Virus record (IMG/VR): IMGVR_UViG_3300009378_001140
Strand: one strand, 5' to 3'
DNA: 64,000 nt
Source: an uncultured virus (IMG/VR IMGVR_UViG_3300009378_001140)
Lineage: Duplodnaviria; Heunggongvirae; Uroviricota; Caudoviricetes
Under the pieces are notes generated by a model. The model searched no databases, was not told where the DNA came from, and saw only the letters and a list, made by a program, of their open reading frames with translations. Positions 38,808 to 47,810 of this stretch are shown piece by piece (the stretch's first letter is position 1; every line of letters begins with the position of its first letter). Made by a program: the position numbers and the translations under genes.

Positions 38808-39572
38808 CTAAATGCTACCTTCTAATCCCAGTGTAACCCTGGCATCATTAAAAATCCCTTTAATAGCTGCAGCCTCACCGGGAAAATCCTCTGTCATATC
38901 TAGGAACGAAGACTCCCAAGACGCAATCAGAAGGGTAGAAATTGCAGGAATCACATTTGTAACAATAATATGTCGAAGAGAATCGATCTGGTCGACATCT
39001 AGCTTTGATAAAATTTCTCCAATTATTCTTTCAGCATCTGATTCAGACTTCGCCATCTCGTTGAGTTCATTAACTATCTCGCTCACAGTTCCGTCGGAGA
39101 TGCGTGACAGCATAGATGTTATCTGTTCAACATCCTGACTAAGAGCAGGAATAAATCTTCCAAGATTCCCTTCCTCTATTGTTTCAATATCATCACCAAT
39201 TTTACCTCCGAGCACCTCACTAACTCTTGGAAAGTGATCACCGAATAGCGAGCCAGACTTCTGAAAGATGTCATTAAACATATCAATAAGACTTTTTGTA
39301 ATAAAGTCATCTTCAAGACCGATTGTATTCTTGATCTTTTCATACGTCTCTGGTCCATAGACGCCTAAGAGACCTATGATTCCTCCAGCTCTGCTAATAA
39401 TTGAGCTCGGTATGAATCGTCCAAGGCCGCTGGTTTGGACCTCTCCAAACATCTCAAAAAAGCTATCATTTCTATTTGTCTGTCGTTGGGCTCCGAGAGT
39501 GAAGCCTATATCACCCATTATTTCACTTATTACCCTAGAAAGTCTCACATTGTCATATTTTTCTGATGTCAC
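38808..39572 (-). CDS. hypothetical protein
   Basis: 254-aa helical ORF. Confidence 0.6.
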   Translation of the reverse strand: MTSEKYDNVRLSRVISEIMGDIGFTLGAQRQTNRNDSFFEMFGEVQTSGLGRFIPSSIISRAGGIIGLLGVYGPETYEKIKNTIGLEDDFITKSLIDMFNDIFQKSGSLFGDHFPRVSEVLGGKIGDDIETIEEGNLGRFIPALSQDVEQITSMLSRISDGTVSEIVNELNEMAKSESDAERIIGEILSKLDVDQIDSLRHIIVTNVIPAISTLLIASWESSFLDMTEDFPGEAAAIKGIFNDARVTLGLEGSI

Positions 39573-39831
39573 CGAATAACTCCCTTCTTTCTGCTAGTGT
39601 TCTTAGCTTTAGGTCAACCCCTGTTAGATCCTTATAATAACTAATCAGATATATCTCAAAGTCATTGAGCCACTGCTCCTTTGTCTTTTGATCCCTTCGT
39701 GAAAAATTCTTTCTTAAGTGAGATGGTATTCCAAGCATTATCTGTTTTTTTATCGTAACCCAGTCATCACAGTCACCGGCATAGCTTGCAACAAACTCGA
39801 CCTGCTCTCTTATTCTATCATTAATTTGCAC
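39553..39831 (-). CDS. hypothetical protein
   Basis: Coupled ORF. Confidence 0.55.
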   Translation of the reverse strand: MQINDRIREQVEFVASYAGDCDDWVTIKKQIMLGIPSHLRKNFSRRDQKTKEQWLNDFEIYLISYYKDLTGVDLKLRTLAERRELFGDIRKI

Positions 39832-42800
39832 TTACAGCCTTCTCGTACACAACATATCTTCCCTGCGTTGTTCTCTTAACAAATAGCCTCTCTTTAGGAG
39901 TAAACGAAAGCCTTCCCTTGTGATACCAGATAATTCCCTCAACATCCTTCAATGCTGTGTCTCTGGCGTCTTGAGACAAGACATCTAAAAATCTCTCAGC
40001 CGTCTCTATTACGTCGCCGGTATCATCCTTTATAGAGAATTGACTTACAACATCACGTGCAAATGACTTTAAGGCCACTGAACCGATATCACTAAGGTCG
40101 CTGTGATAAAGGCCCAGGGACATCAATCTCTTGTAAAGCCTTCCGTCTAAAACCTTTTTTCCCTTTGCTGATCCTAGCTTTATTCCATTTGACTTTTTTG
40201 CTGCTTTAACCTCCCAGTTTAATCCGCCTATTGTAACATCAAATGGAGCTGTGCCGACTGAAACACTGGCATCGTTAAATAAAAATGGAACAATCAATTC
40301 ACCGGCACCTGTTTGACTTCCTCCTCTTCTTGTCGATCTATACTCAGCAAGAGGTAGAAGCTCCTCAGGAACTATAACTCTCTCGCCGGGTGTAGCTGAA
40401 AAGAGAGCGCTGTTTATATTGCCGCGGAGTTGTGACAGGATTTCCATTGTAACTGTTTGTAGACTTTTTGGTATGGAGTTTTTCATCACATTTCTCACCC
40501 TTTCAGCATTTGTATCATCCAGCATTAGTAGAAACGATTCAAATCCAGACTCAGGCGTAAACTTATCAATCTTTAGATCGTCTCTAATATATTTTATAAC
40601 AGAGAGCACCTCTAGGTCTGACATGTCAAATGCGTCATCTCCTAGTTTAATAATTGCTTCTTTGATGAGTGATCTCACCTTTGACTCAGACAAAGCTGAC
40701 GACATCGACTGATTGACATAACTAACAGCCCTTTCAGACTCCTCAGCCGGCAGGTATCCAGGAAGATATTCCTCAAATTCATCTAACGCCTGCAACAGTA
40801 TTTCATCATTAGACTTTGACATGTGATCGACTAGCTCTTCAAATGAGTCAATTTTAAACTTATCAATGCCGCTCAAGCCTATCAGCGGAAGATACTCATC
40901 TGGATCTCTGATCCTCTTAACCTCCTCACCGTTTATATTTTCTGTATATCCTCCTGGCCATCTTAATGTCACCTTTACGACATCGTCAGGCGTTGTTCTG
41001 CTTCTTCCCGTGATGTTTGCAAGAAGAGATAGCATCAGATTTCTATACACACCCTTTACCTTTCCCTTATGTCCGCCCCTTAACTCCCACCATGTATCAC
41101 CAGCATGTTCAGGTCTCTCAGAGACAAGATCTATTTGAAATAGCTCATCTTGCAGAGGAGCACTACTGTCATCAGAATCAGGATCTCTAAGCATTACACT
41201 CACCATGCTTCCTCCGACAACAATGTTAGAAACCCCTGGCACCAGCTCTTTCTGCAGGAACGGTGAACTACGAAGCATTGCCTCTAGTGTTTCCTTTACA
41301 GGATCATCTTTCCTCTTTTTCTTTTTTCTCTGCTGCCTTAGCTCTTCTACATCGCTAGAATATTTGTCAATCATGTCATCTGTAATGACTGCCAGCAAGT
41401 CTATATCACCCAAGATGTCTGCATCTGTTCCCGTGCTTCCAAGAAGGCTATTTCCAGACTCACTTTTCTCTATGTTGAGATCAATTCCAAGAGGATCTAA
41501 GACGTTCTTTTTTAACGATGAGATAAGTCTGTTTGCCTGGTCCCTAGATATCTTTTCCTGTGATGTGACAACAACCTTTTTCTTCTTTCCGTCGGCATCA
41601 ATTATCGATCTCTTGAAGGCCTTTCCTCCTTCAGACAAGATCTTTTTAAATATCTTTAAAGCTTCTGATAGCGCCTCTTCATCAGAGTCAGACATGTTTA
41701 CATCTTCAGGTTCATCAATAAAAAGAACTTCACCCCTAGACGGATATCTAAACAGCGTTACAAGCCTATGGACCGGTGTAAACATTCCTGTTAACTTAAC
41801 AGATATATCTCTACCCTCTTTTCCTGGGAGCCTGAGGACGACACCCTCAACAGCCTTTTTAAACATAGACATCTGTTCAACTCGTGAAATCGACGTATCT
41901 AGCTTTGTTGCCCAGGCTGTGTCAACGATGTCGCTTATCTCACCACTTTCAACATTCCTTACATGTATGGTGCTAGACTGTAACGCACTTTGTATTCTAT
42001 CAACCTCGCTTGCGAGATCAGCTGTAACACCGTCATTTGTCGCCAAGGTAAATTCTAGCGTCTCAAAGAAATAGTATCCTAATTTTTGAATAATTTTTTC
42101 AAGATCAACAATTGCAGCAACAACGTGTGCTGTTGCCATCTTATCAATTTTTTGAAATACCTTCCAGTGAACAGAATCCATTTCTCGACTTGAAATTCTT
42201 TTTTCTATAAACTTTTCAGAGCCTACGTGAAATTTATCTAAAAGTCGATGAACTGCCCTGGTTCGTATGTCATCAGGCATGCTATCTAGCTCAGGAGCAT
42301 AGTGACTTAGATAGTCTTTCATCACAAGCGTTGCATACTCACCTACTGTCTTGGGTGGGTGATCAAATCTTTTTAAAAGTGAATCAATTTCACCTTTGAG
42401 CTCATTTATCTGGCCTATTATCTCTGATGCGACCTGCTTTGTCTGCTCTAGTTTAGGAACTGTACCGACAGACCACGATCTGTCAGAATTATCCTGTATC
42501 TCAATATCATCATTCATAAAGAGGTCATTGTATATATCAACATCTATGTCGATATCTGGATATGGAGATGAAGGTCTTATAAATCTAAAGTGATTCTCAG
42601 TATAGGGAATCGTGTTGGGGTTTATTGGTGTGAGTATCTGACCCTCTACAACAACCTTACCATTTAAAAATAACTGTCTTACTTTGTTTATGTCTAGCTT
42701 TTTTACATATTCATCTAAGACATCATAGGCTGAGGCAAATGCATCTTTTGTCTTTTCTCCCCACGTCTGAATGTTTCTTATGTCATCTCTTCCCTTTCCG

Positions 42801-43918
42801 CCTTTTTCAAGAGTAGAAACTCTTGGACCTTTTCCGTACTGTCGTATTTCGCCATCGTCTAAAACTGTAAATGTGAAATTTTGACCATCCATCTTTTCCT
42901 CGATGTGATCAATTCTTCCGCTAAGAACATCCTCTATTAGCTGTTTCAGATTATCAAACGTAAGATTCATATCTTCAGTTAGGCCCGGGATGTGACCTTC
43001 TGGTCTCGATGTTGCCTCTCTAATCGATTTCATCGCAGTAAATCTAGATGCTGCCCTTAGAATCGTTGAGCTGCTTATAGCTGATGATAAACGTGACTCA
43101 CTGACATTTTCATCACTGATAATTATCTTGACAATCTCGTCTTTTTCAGCATCGCTTAAAACACCCGGAAGATATCTCTTAAATGACTCGATGTCACCAG
43201 AGCCAATGAACCCTCGAACGTCAGTTCCCCTAACATTGATCATCTCCTCAGATGCGTCTGGATGATAATCTTTCAATAGGTTTACGAGGTCCGATACATT
43301 AGACATGCCTGATTTAAATGATATCTTTCCTTTGTCAATTAGCTCATACACCTTTTCTCCGATGACTGCGTCACCTCTTTCAGCCCTTTTTTTCATTCCT
43401 AACAAAAAGGCATATGAGTTTATCTCATCGTCTCCTGCATACACGGTTATGCTATCTACTGCAGATAGATCTATGTCACCCTCAGGACTGCTATGTTTTG
43501 TCGTGAGATTTCCAACTGCAAGCGCCGGGTTTCTTGACTGTCCTGCCTCGTCTTTAGCTCTCTTTCTTTCTTCATCTGTTAGATGGGCGTATGCGAACCT
43601 GTCAAGAATATTGTGAATATTATTGATTGGAGACGTGTGCTTTGCAGAAATCACATCAAGCTTGTCAGGATATCTATCCTGTAATGCTTTTTCATACACA
43701 GCAAATACAGCGTCCTGGAGAGGTTCAGTATATAGCCTGCCTGTATCTCCAAATGTTCTAAACTTTGTTTTTAAAGGCTTTCCTTTTTTATTTAGCTTTT
43801 GCTTTTGAATCCCAAAAAAAGAAAGAACCTTATCATTCTCACCTAAAGCAAGAAGCAATTTTGAAAAGTGACCCGTGTGAAACGGTTTAAATCCACCACC
43901 ATAGAGACCTAATTTCAT
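39821..43918 (-). CDS. multidomain protein: HIGH nucleotidyltransferase, ligase-like (KxDG) domain, pol-beta-like nucleotidyltransferase and PD-(D/E)XK-like nuclease
   Basis: GGFKPFHTGH; EEKMDGQN...EGVVLR...VKLTG; LGSTG...GDIDL...QIDL; GAGEL...FDV...WEVK. Confidence 0.75.
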   Translation of the reverse strand: MKLGLYGGGFKPFHTGHFSKLLLALGENDKVLSFFGIQKQKLNKKGKPLKTKFRTFGDTGRLYTEPLQDAVFAVYEKALQDRYPDKLDVISAKHTSPINNIHNILDRFAYAHLTDEERKRAKDEAGQSRNPALAVGNLTTKHSSPEGDIDLSAVDSITVYAGDDEINSYAFLLGMKKRAERGDAVIGEKVYELIDKGKISFKSGMSNVSDLVNLLKDYHPDASEEMINVRGTDVRGFIGSGDIESFKRYLPGVLSDAEKDEIVKIIISDENVSESRLSSAISSSTILRAASRFTAMKSIREATSRPEGHIPGLTEDMNLTFDNLKQLIEDVLSGRIDHIEEKMDGQNFTFTVLDDGEIRQYGKGPRVSTLEKGGKGRDDIRNIQTWGEKTKDAFASAYDVLDEYVKKLDINKVRQLFLNGKVVVEGQILTPINPNTIPYTENHFRFIRPSSPYPDIDIDVDIYNDLFMNDDIEIQDNSDRSWSVGTVPKLEQTKQVASEIIGQINELKGEIDSLLKRFDHPPKTVGEYATLVMKDYLSHYAPELDSMPDDIRTRAVHRLLDKFHVGSEKFIEKRISSREMDSVHWKVFQKIDKMATAHVVAAIVDLEKIIQKLGYYFFETLEFTLATNDGVTADLASEVDRIQSALQSSTIHVRNVESGEISDIVDTAWATKLDTSISRVEQMSMFKKAVEGVVLRLPGKEGRDISVKLTGMFTPVHRLVTLFRYPSRGEVLFIDEPEDVNMSDSDEEALSEALKIFKKILSEGGKAFKRSIIDADGKKKKVVVTSQEKISRDQANRLISSLKKNVLDPLGIDLNIEKSESGNSLLGSTGTDADILGDIDLLAVITDDMIDKYSSDVEELRQQRKKKKRKDDPVKETLEAMLRSSPFLQKELVPGVSNIVVGGSMVSVMLRDPDSDDSSAPLQDELFQIDLVSERPEHAGDTWWELRGGHKGKVKGVYRNLMLSLLANITGRSRTTPDDVVKVTLRWPGGYTENINGEEVKRIRDPDEYLPLIGLSGIDKFKIDSFEELVDHMSKSNDEILLQALDEFEEYLPGYLPAEESERAVSYVNQSMSSALSESKVRSLIKEAIIKLGDDAFDMSDLEVLSVIKYIRDDLKIDKFTPESGFESFLLMLDDTNAERVRNVMKNSIPKSLQTVTMEILSQLRGNINSALFSATPGERVIVPEELLPLAEYRSTRRGGSQTGAGELIVPFLFNDASVSVGTAPFDVTIGGLNWEVKAAKKSNGIKLGSAKGKKVLDGRLYKRLMSLGLYHSDLSDIGSVALKSFARDVVSQFSIKDDTGDVIETAERFLDVLSQDARDTALKDVEGIIWYHKGRLSFTPKERLFVKRTTQGRYVVYEKAVSAN

Positions 43919-44559
43919 TTATTCCTTCCGTCCTGTGATCTGTTTATCGTTGAATAAATATGTTCAATGACACCTGAAAAATCATGAACATGCACAGCGA
44001 TGTGAGACCTAATCATATTTCCGCTTACATGACTATCACACCACACATTGTCATCTCCACACTTTTTAACATTTAGCATCGCTATTTCATCAATTGAAAC
44101 AGGTGTATAGTTCCATAAGTCTGAGCAGACATTCACCCTGCCACCTCGAACCCTTTCTCCCTTGTGGATGTGTCCGTGAATTAATACGTCAAATCTTTCA
44201 AAGAGAGGCTCAGGAAGGGGGTGATGCTGGACCAGGGCATTTTTTCCACACGGCATATCATATTCTATAGATCGATGATATTCATCAAACCCTGCTTCGA
44301 TCATTCTTCTTTTAGACTGATCATGGTTTCCTTTTATAAGGATCTTATATCCATTTAATCTGTCTATTATACCTTTTGGATCGTCACACCCTCTAAGAAA
44401 TGCATCTCCTACAAGAAAAACCCTATCATCGTCTGTTATAACACTGTTCCAGTTGTCAATTAACGAATCATTCATCTGATTAACGCTGTCGTATGGACGA
44501 TCACAGTACTTTATGATATTCCTATGGCTAAAGTGCGTGTCTGCTGTAAAGAAATCCAC
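43915..44559 (-). CDS. calcineurin-like metallophosphoesterase
   Basis: ADTHFSH, VGD, GNHD, H.P and HGHIH. Confidence 0.92.
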   Translation of the reverse strand: MDFFTADTHFSHRNIIKYCDRPYDSVNQMNDSLIDNWNSVITDDDRVFLVGDAFLRGCDDPKGIIDRLNGYKILIKGNHDQSKRRMIEAGFDEYHRSIEYDMPCGKNALVQHHPLPEPLFERFDVLIHGHIHKGERVRGGRVNVCSDLWNYTPVSIDEIAMLNVKKCGDDNVWCDSHVSGNMIRSHIAVHVHDFSGVIEHIYSTINRSQDGRNK

Positions 44560-45875
44560 TATTGCTTTCCATTCATGCTAAAGATATCCCCTACGATGCT
44601 TAGAACACTATCATTTAATCTTTCAAGTTGTTTATATTTTTTATCATCTATTCCAAGAGAAAGCTTTTTATCAATGTTCTTTCTTAAGCCGTCTTTATAC
44701 AGCACAAGAATTTCATCAAGCATCTCATTAGAAGATGATATCACATCATTTTCAGCAAGTGTCAGTGCAAGACCCTTTATTCCAAGAGATAGACTTCTGA
44801 TTGTGATATCTTTAGGGTCAACACCGGGATATTGTGTCAATAATTCATTTTCTGTAAACTCATCACCAATAAATTCCCTTGCAATATCTCGTAAAAATGT
44901 TTTGATATTCTTGCTAACCAAGACCAAAGATGTATCTTTTCTCTGTCTAAACGGAACTATCTCACCGTCTCTTACCTTTGCAAGAACGCCTCTGTCTCCT
45001 ATTGACATGTTGAAATAGCTTCCAAGTGCTGTATAGAGATTTCCTATCGTATATCCCTTCTTCCCTTTTTCAGGAATCCATCTCCACGGCATCCATCCCG
45101 ACTCATCTTGAGATGAATCGTCCTCTTTTACATAGAGCGGAAATGTAACAATCGTATCTGCTTGAACGTGATCACCGCTTGGCAGTCTCAGTATGAGCAA
45201 AAGAGCTGAATCTGGGTTTTTATCTGCTCCATGAAGAGTTGCTGCAGTGTTAACATATTTTTCAATCTCAACAGACTGGTTTAAAAAATCAATCAATGAA
45301 GAGACATACTTCTTCTTTGTCAGGTTTTCTGCTTTCCTTATCTCATCAGGTGATGCACCAGACTCGACACCAACAGGAAATGACACTGATACGTCTATGT
45401 CACCATACTCTGCATCGGGATCGTCAACAAGATGATAGTAAGATGATCCCACAGTAGTCACCACCTTGACGGCTTCCATTCCTTCAGACTCAAGATGCTT
45501 ATTCCACATGTCAATGACAATCCTATAGACGTCAAATGTCATTGAAACTATCTCTGGATCGATCTTTACATGAGATGTGAGATGAGGGGCCTTGAGACCA
45601 CCCTCCTTCAGAATTCCTGATTTTATCCCTTCTCTCTCTGCTACTTTCTTTAGATATCTTAAGGCACCTATGGCATCTTGAATTCTATGCATCTCTTTTC
45701 TATGCTTCAGCCTATTAGGGCCTTTTCTCAAAGAGTTTTTTACGAGAATTAATCTTGATATCATAGACTCTAAGTCATCTATGTGAACTCTAGACCCATA
45801 GTCTGCTGCAGTGCCATCTGACATCGACACAAGAGACTCTGCCACTTGCCTCATTACGTCACTATAGTCACCCAT
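44559..45875 (-). CDS. pol-beta-like nucleotidyltransferase with an N-terminal extension
   Basis: VGSSYY...YGDIDV...VQAD. Confidence 0.7.
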   Translation of the reverse strand: MGDYSDVMRQVAESLVSMSDGTAADYGSRVHIDDLESMISRLILVKNSLRKGPNRLKHRKEMHRIQDAIGALRYLKKVAEREGIKSGILKEGGLKAPHLTSHVKIDPEIVSMTFDVYRIVIDMWNKHLESEGMEAVKVVTTVGSSYYHLVDDPDAEYGDIDVSVSFPVGVESGASPDEIRKAENLTKKKYVSSLIDFLNQSVEIEKYVNTAATLHGADKNPDSALLLILRLPSGDHVQADTIVTFPLYVKEDDSSQDESGWMPWRWIPEKGKKGYTIGNLYTALGSYFNMSIGDRGVLAKVRDGEIVPFRQRKDTSLVLVSKNIKTFLRDIAREFIGDEFTENELLTQYPGVDPKDITIRSLSLGIKGLALTLAENDVISSSNEMLDEILVLYKDGLRKNIDKKLSLGIDDKKYKQLERLNDSVLSIVGDIFSMNGKQ

Positions 45876-45917
45876 TAGAGAACGCCTCCAACGATAAATA
45901 TGTTTTAATATTAGTGT

Positions 45918-46130
45918 TTATGATTCATCAACAACAACCCAGTCTGGATCTGATTCAACATTATCAAGGGCCGACTTTACACTTCCGTGAATAAACATCC
46001 TTATATCATCATCAGTTACATCATCGCCATCAGGAATTTTAAAGTGATTTCTTACATGCAGCAAGAATGACTCAGTCAGATCTACCTCAAGACTACCACC
46101 ACCAGGTAGCTGTATTATTTTTTTCTGCAT
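45918..46130 (-). CDS. hypothetical protein (possibly leaderless)
   Basis: ATG lies 5 nt after the -10 box. Confidence 0.55.
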   Translation of the reverse strand: MQKKIIQLPGGGSLEVDLTESFLLHVRNHFKIPDGDDVTDDDIRMFIHGSVKSALDNVESDPDWVVVDES

Positions 46131-46135
46131 GATTT

Positions 46136-46164
46136 ATCATACAGGGCTTTCTTTAAAAGTACAC
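46136..46164 (-). promoter_or_regulatory. sigma70-like promoter variant
   Basis: GTGTAC-17 nt-TATGAT. Confidence 0.6.
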
Positions 46165-46169
46165 AATTA

Positions 46170-46850
46170 TTATAGAGACATCAAGCTTCTTACTTTCTCT
46201 CTTATCTCATTTACCCTCTGTTCTCCAACTCGAATCGGAGGAGATGTATCTTCTGGGCCGTGCTTCTCTTCTTCTTCCTCTTCATCATCTGTATGATCTA
46301 TCCCTGCTGTATCTTTCTCTGGCTCTTGAACAATGTCTTCTTCTCCAGCAGACATTTTTATATTTTCTGGGGGCTCACTAGGATCTTGCGCATCTGCACC
46401 GGTCACTGATCCTGTCAATATCCCAGCAAATGATCTCAAGAAAATTAGAAGGACCTGCCTCTCTTGATCATCTAGTCTGTCAAAATATGTTCTCATCTGA
46501 GCACTTATTTGACTATCATCAACAGACCTTCCGCTTCGTAGAGTCTTGATTGCATCTGCAACACTATCAAGAGATACCTCTATGTCATTTTCATCGCTTT
46601 CAGGCTGCGTAGGCTCATTATCGTCTTCTGATTTTGTAGACAGCGATAGATCATCATCTACGTCACCTGATTGACTGTCTTGTTCATCAACCTTATATAC
46701 ATCTTTATCAACCTTAAGCATGTCAGAGATTCTACCTTGCATAGGATCAACATTTGACACTGCAGACGTCGCCTCTTTTACACTTTCTTCAGCTAAAATC
46801 TTTAAAAACATCTCAACATCATCGGTGCTCTTAAGTCTTACTGTGCTCAT
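46170..46850 (-). CDS. acidic hypothetical protein
   Basis: FLKILAEE leader; LRSGRS core between acidic linkers. Confidence 0.6.
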   Translation of the reverse strand: MSTVRLKSTDDVEMFLKILAEESVKEATSAVSNVDPMQGRISDMLKVDKDVYKVDEQDSQSGDVDDDLSLSTKSEDDNEPTQPESDENDIEVSLDSVADAIKTLRSGRSVDDSQISAQMRTYFDRLDDQERQVLLIFLRSFAGILTGSVTGADAQDPSEPPENIKMSAGEEDIVQEPEKDTAGIDHTDDEEEEEEKHGPEDTSPPIRVGEQRVNEIREKVRSLMSL

Positions 46851-47023
46851 TTTTTCTCTCCATACTTTATTCTATTTTGCCATAGCTCACGATATAGACG
46901 ATTATACTGTCTCTGGGGAATCTCTTCAGGCCTTCCTGTATCTTCATTTGTCATATTGTGATCAATCTTTTCCCGGTTGCATATATCATCGATAAACTTA
47001 TCAAAATTAAATTTTTGGCTCAT
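46847..47023 (-). CDS. small hypothetical protein (58 aa; absent from the ORF track)
   Basis: MSQKFNFDKFIDDI...; ATGA overlap with the next gene. Confidence 0.55.
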   Translation of the reverse strand: MSQKFNFDKFIDDICNREKIDHNMTNEDTGRPEEIPQRQYNRLYRELWQNRIKYGEKK

Positions 47024-47053
47024 GTAATCACCCTTTAAAGATAACTATTTGTG

Positions 47054-47455
47054 TTATTGGTTCGTTACTGTTATCTCACAATCATATTCATCTTCACCAA
47101 TAAAGATCGACGACTGTCTCATAACATTTACGCTGTCTAAATTAAGCGACGAACCAGAGCTTGTCTCTAGTATCTTAATTTTTTTAATTCTTCCAGAAAG
47201 AAGGTTCATCGCCTTAATTGCATTGCATGAAAATGATATCGTTATCTCATCTTGCTTCTTTTCTATCTTTTTAACATAGCGCTCAATTTTATCGTTTTCT
47301 AAGATAATTTTGCACATTATGCTAGCTTCTACATCATTATAGAACTGTGTGATATCAATCTTTTCAACCAGTGAATCGCTCATTATTACAGATTTTTTAT
47401 TAATGTTCGTCATCTTATAAGCTGATATATCTTGTGTCATCATATATCTCATCAC
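47054..47455 (-). CDS. hypothetical protein
   Basis: Coupled ORF; start uncertain. Confidence 0.5.
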   Translation of the reverse strand: MMRYMMTQDISAYKMTNINKKSVIMSDSLVEKIDITQFYNDVEASIMCKIILENDKIERYVKKIEKKQDEITISFSCNAIKAMNLLSGRIKKIKILETSSGSSLNLDSVNVMRQSSIFIGEDEYDCEITVTNQ

Positions 47456-47810
47456 AAAATCGTGATATTTTCTGATCCTGTTCTGTTACACCGTTTACAT
47501 CTTTGGTAAATGTCTCAATTCTAACTAACAGGCCATCGACGATGATCATAATATCGTGATGTATTCTTTTTTGCTCACCTAGTACCTCATTAATAAAGTA
47601 TCTTGCTCTGTCATAGTTATCAAACTGAAAGCCTTTGACTAGCCTCTCTGGCTCATGTAAAACCTGCCATGATGAAATAGAAGCCTTTATCGGAGAATCA
47701 CTAGATGGCATTCCAACAATTGACTCAACAATTCTCTCGCTTCTCTTGCGATCTCCTCGACACTCTATAAATTTTTTATTATCAATCAGGTCTAAAAGCG
47801 TTCTCATCAC
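47415..47810 (-). CDS. pterin-4-alpha-carbinolamine dehydratase-like protein
   Basis: W......L.K.F.F..Y..A..F......HH.......V.....T....GVT..D. Confidence 0.75.
   Translation of the reverse strand: MMRTLLDLIDNKKFIECRGDRKRSERIVESIVGMPSSDSPIKASISSWQVLHEPERLVKGFQFDNYDRARYFINEVLGEQKRIHHDIMIIVDGLLVRIETFTKDVNGVTEQDQKISRFCDEIYDDTRYISL

Noticed and set aside
41205..42074. 289-aa plus-strand ORF, and similar antisense ORFs at 2960, 35958 and 44524
   Set aside because: They are antisense to well-supported genes, Ser/Phe-rich and carry no recognisable motifs.
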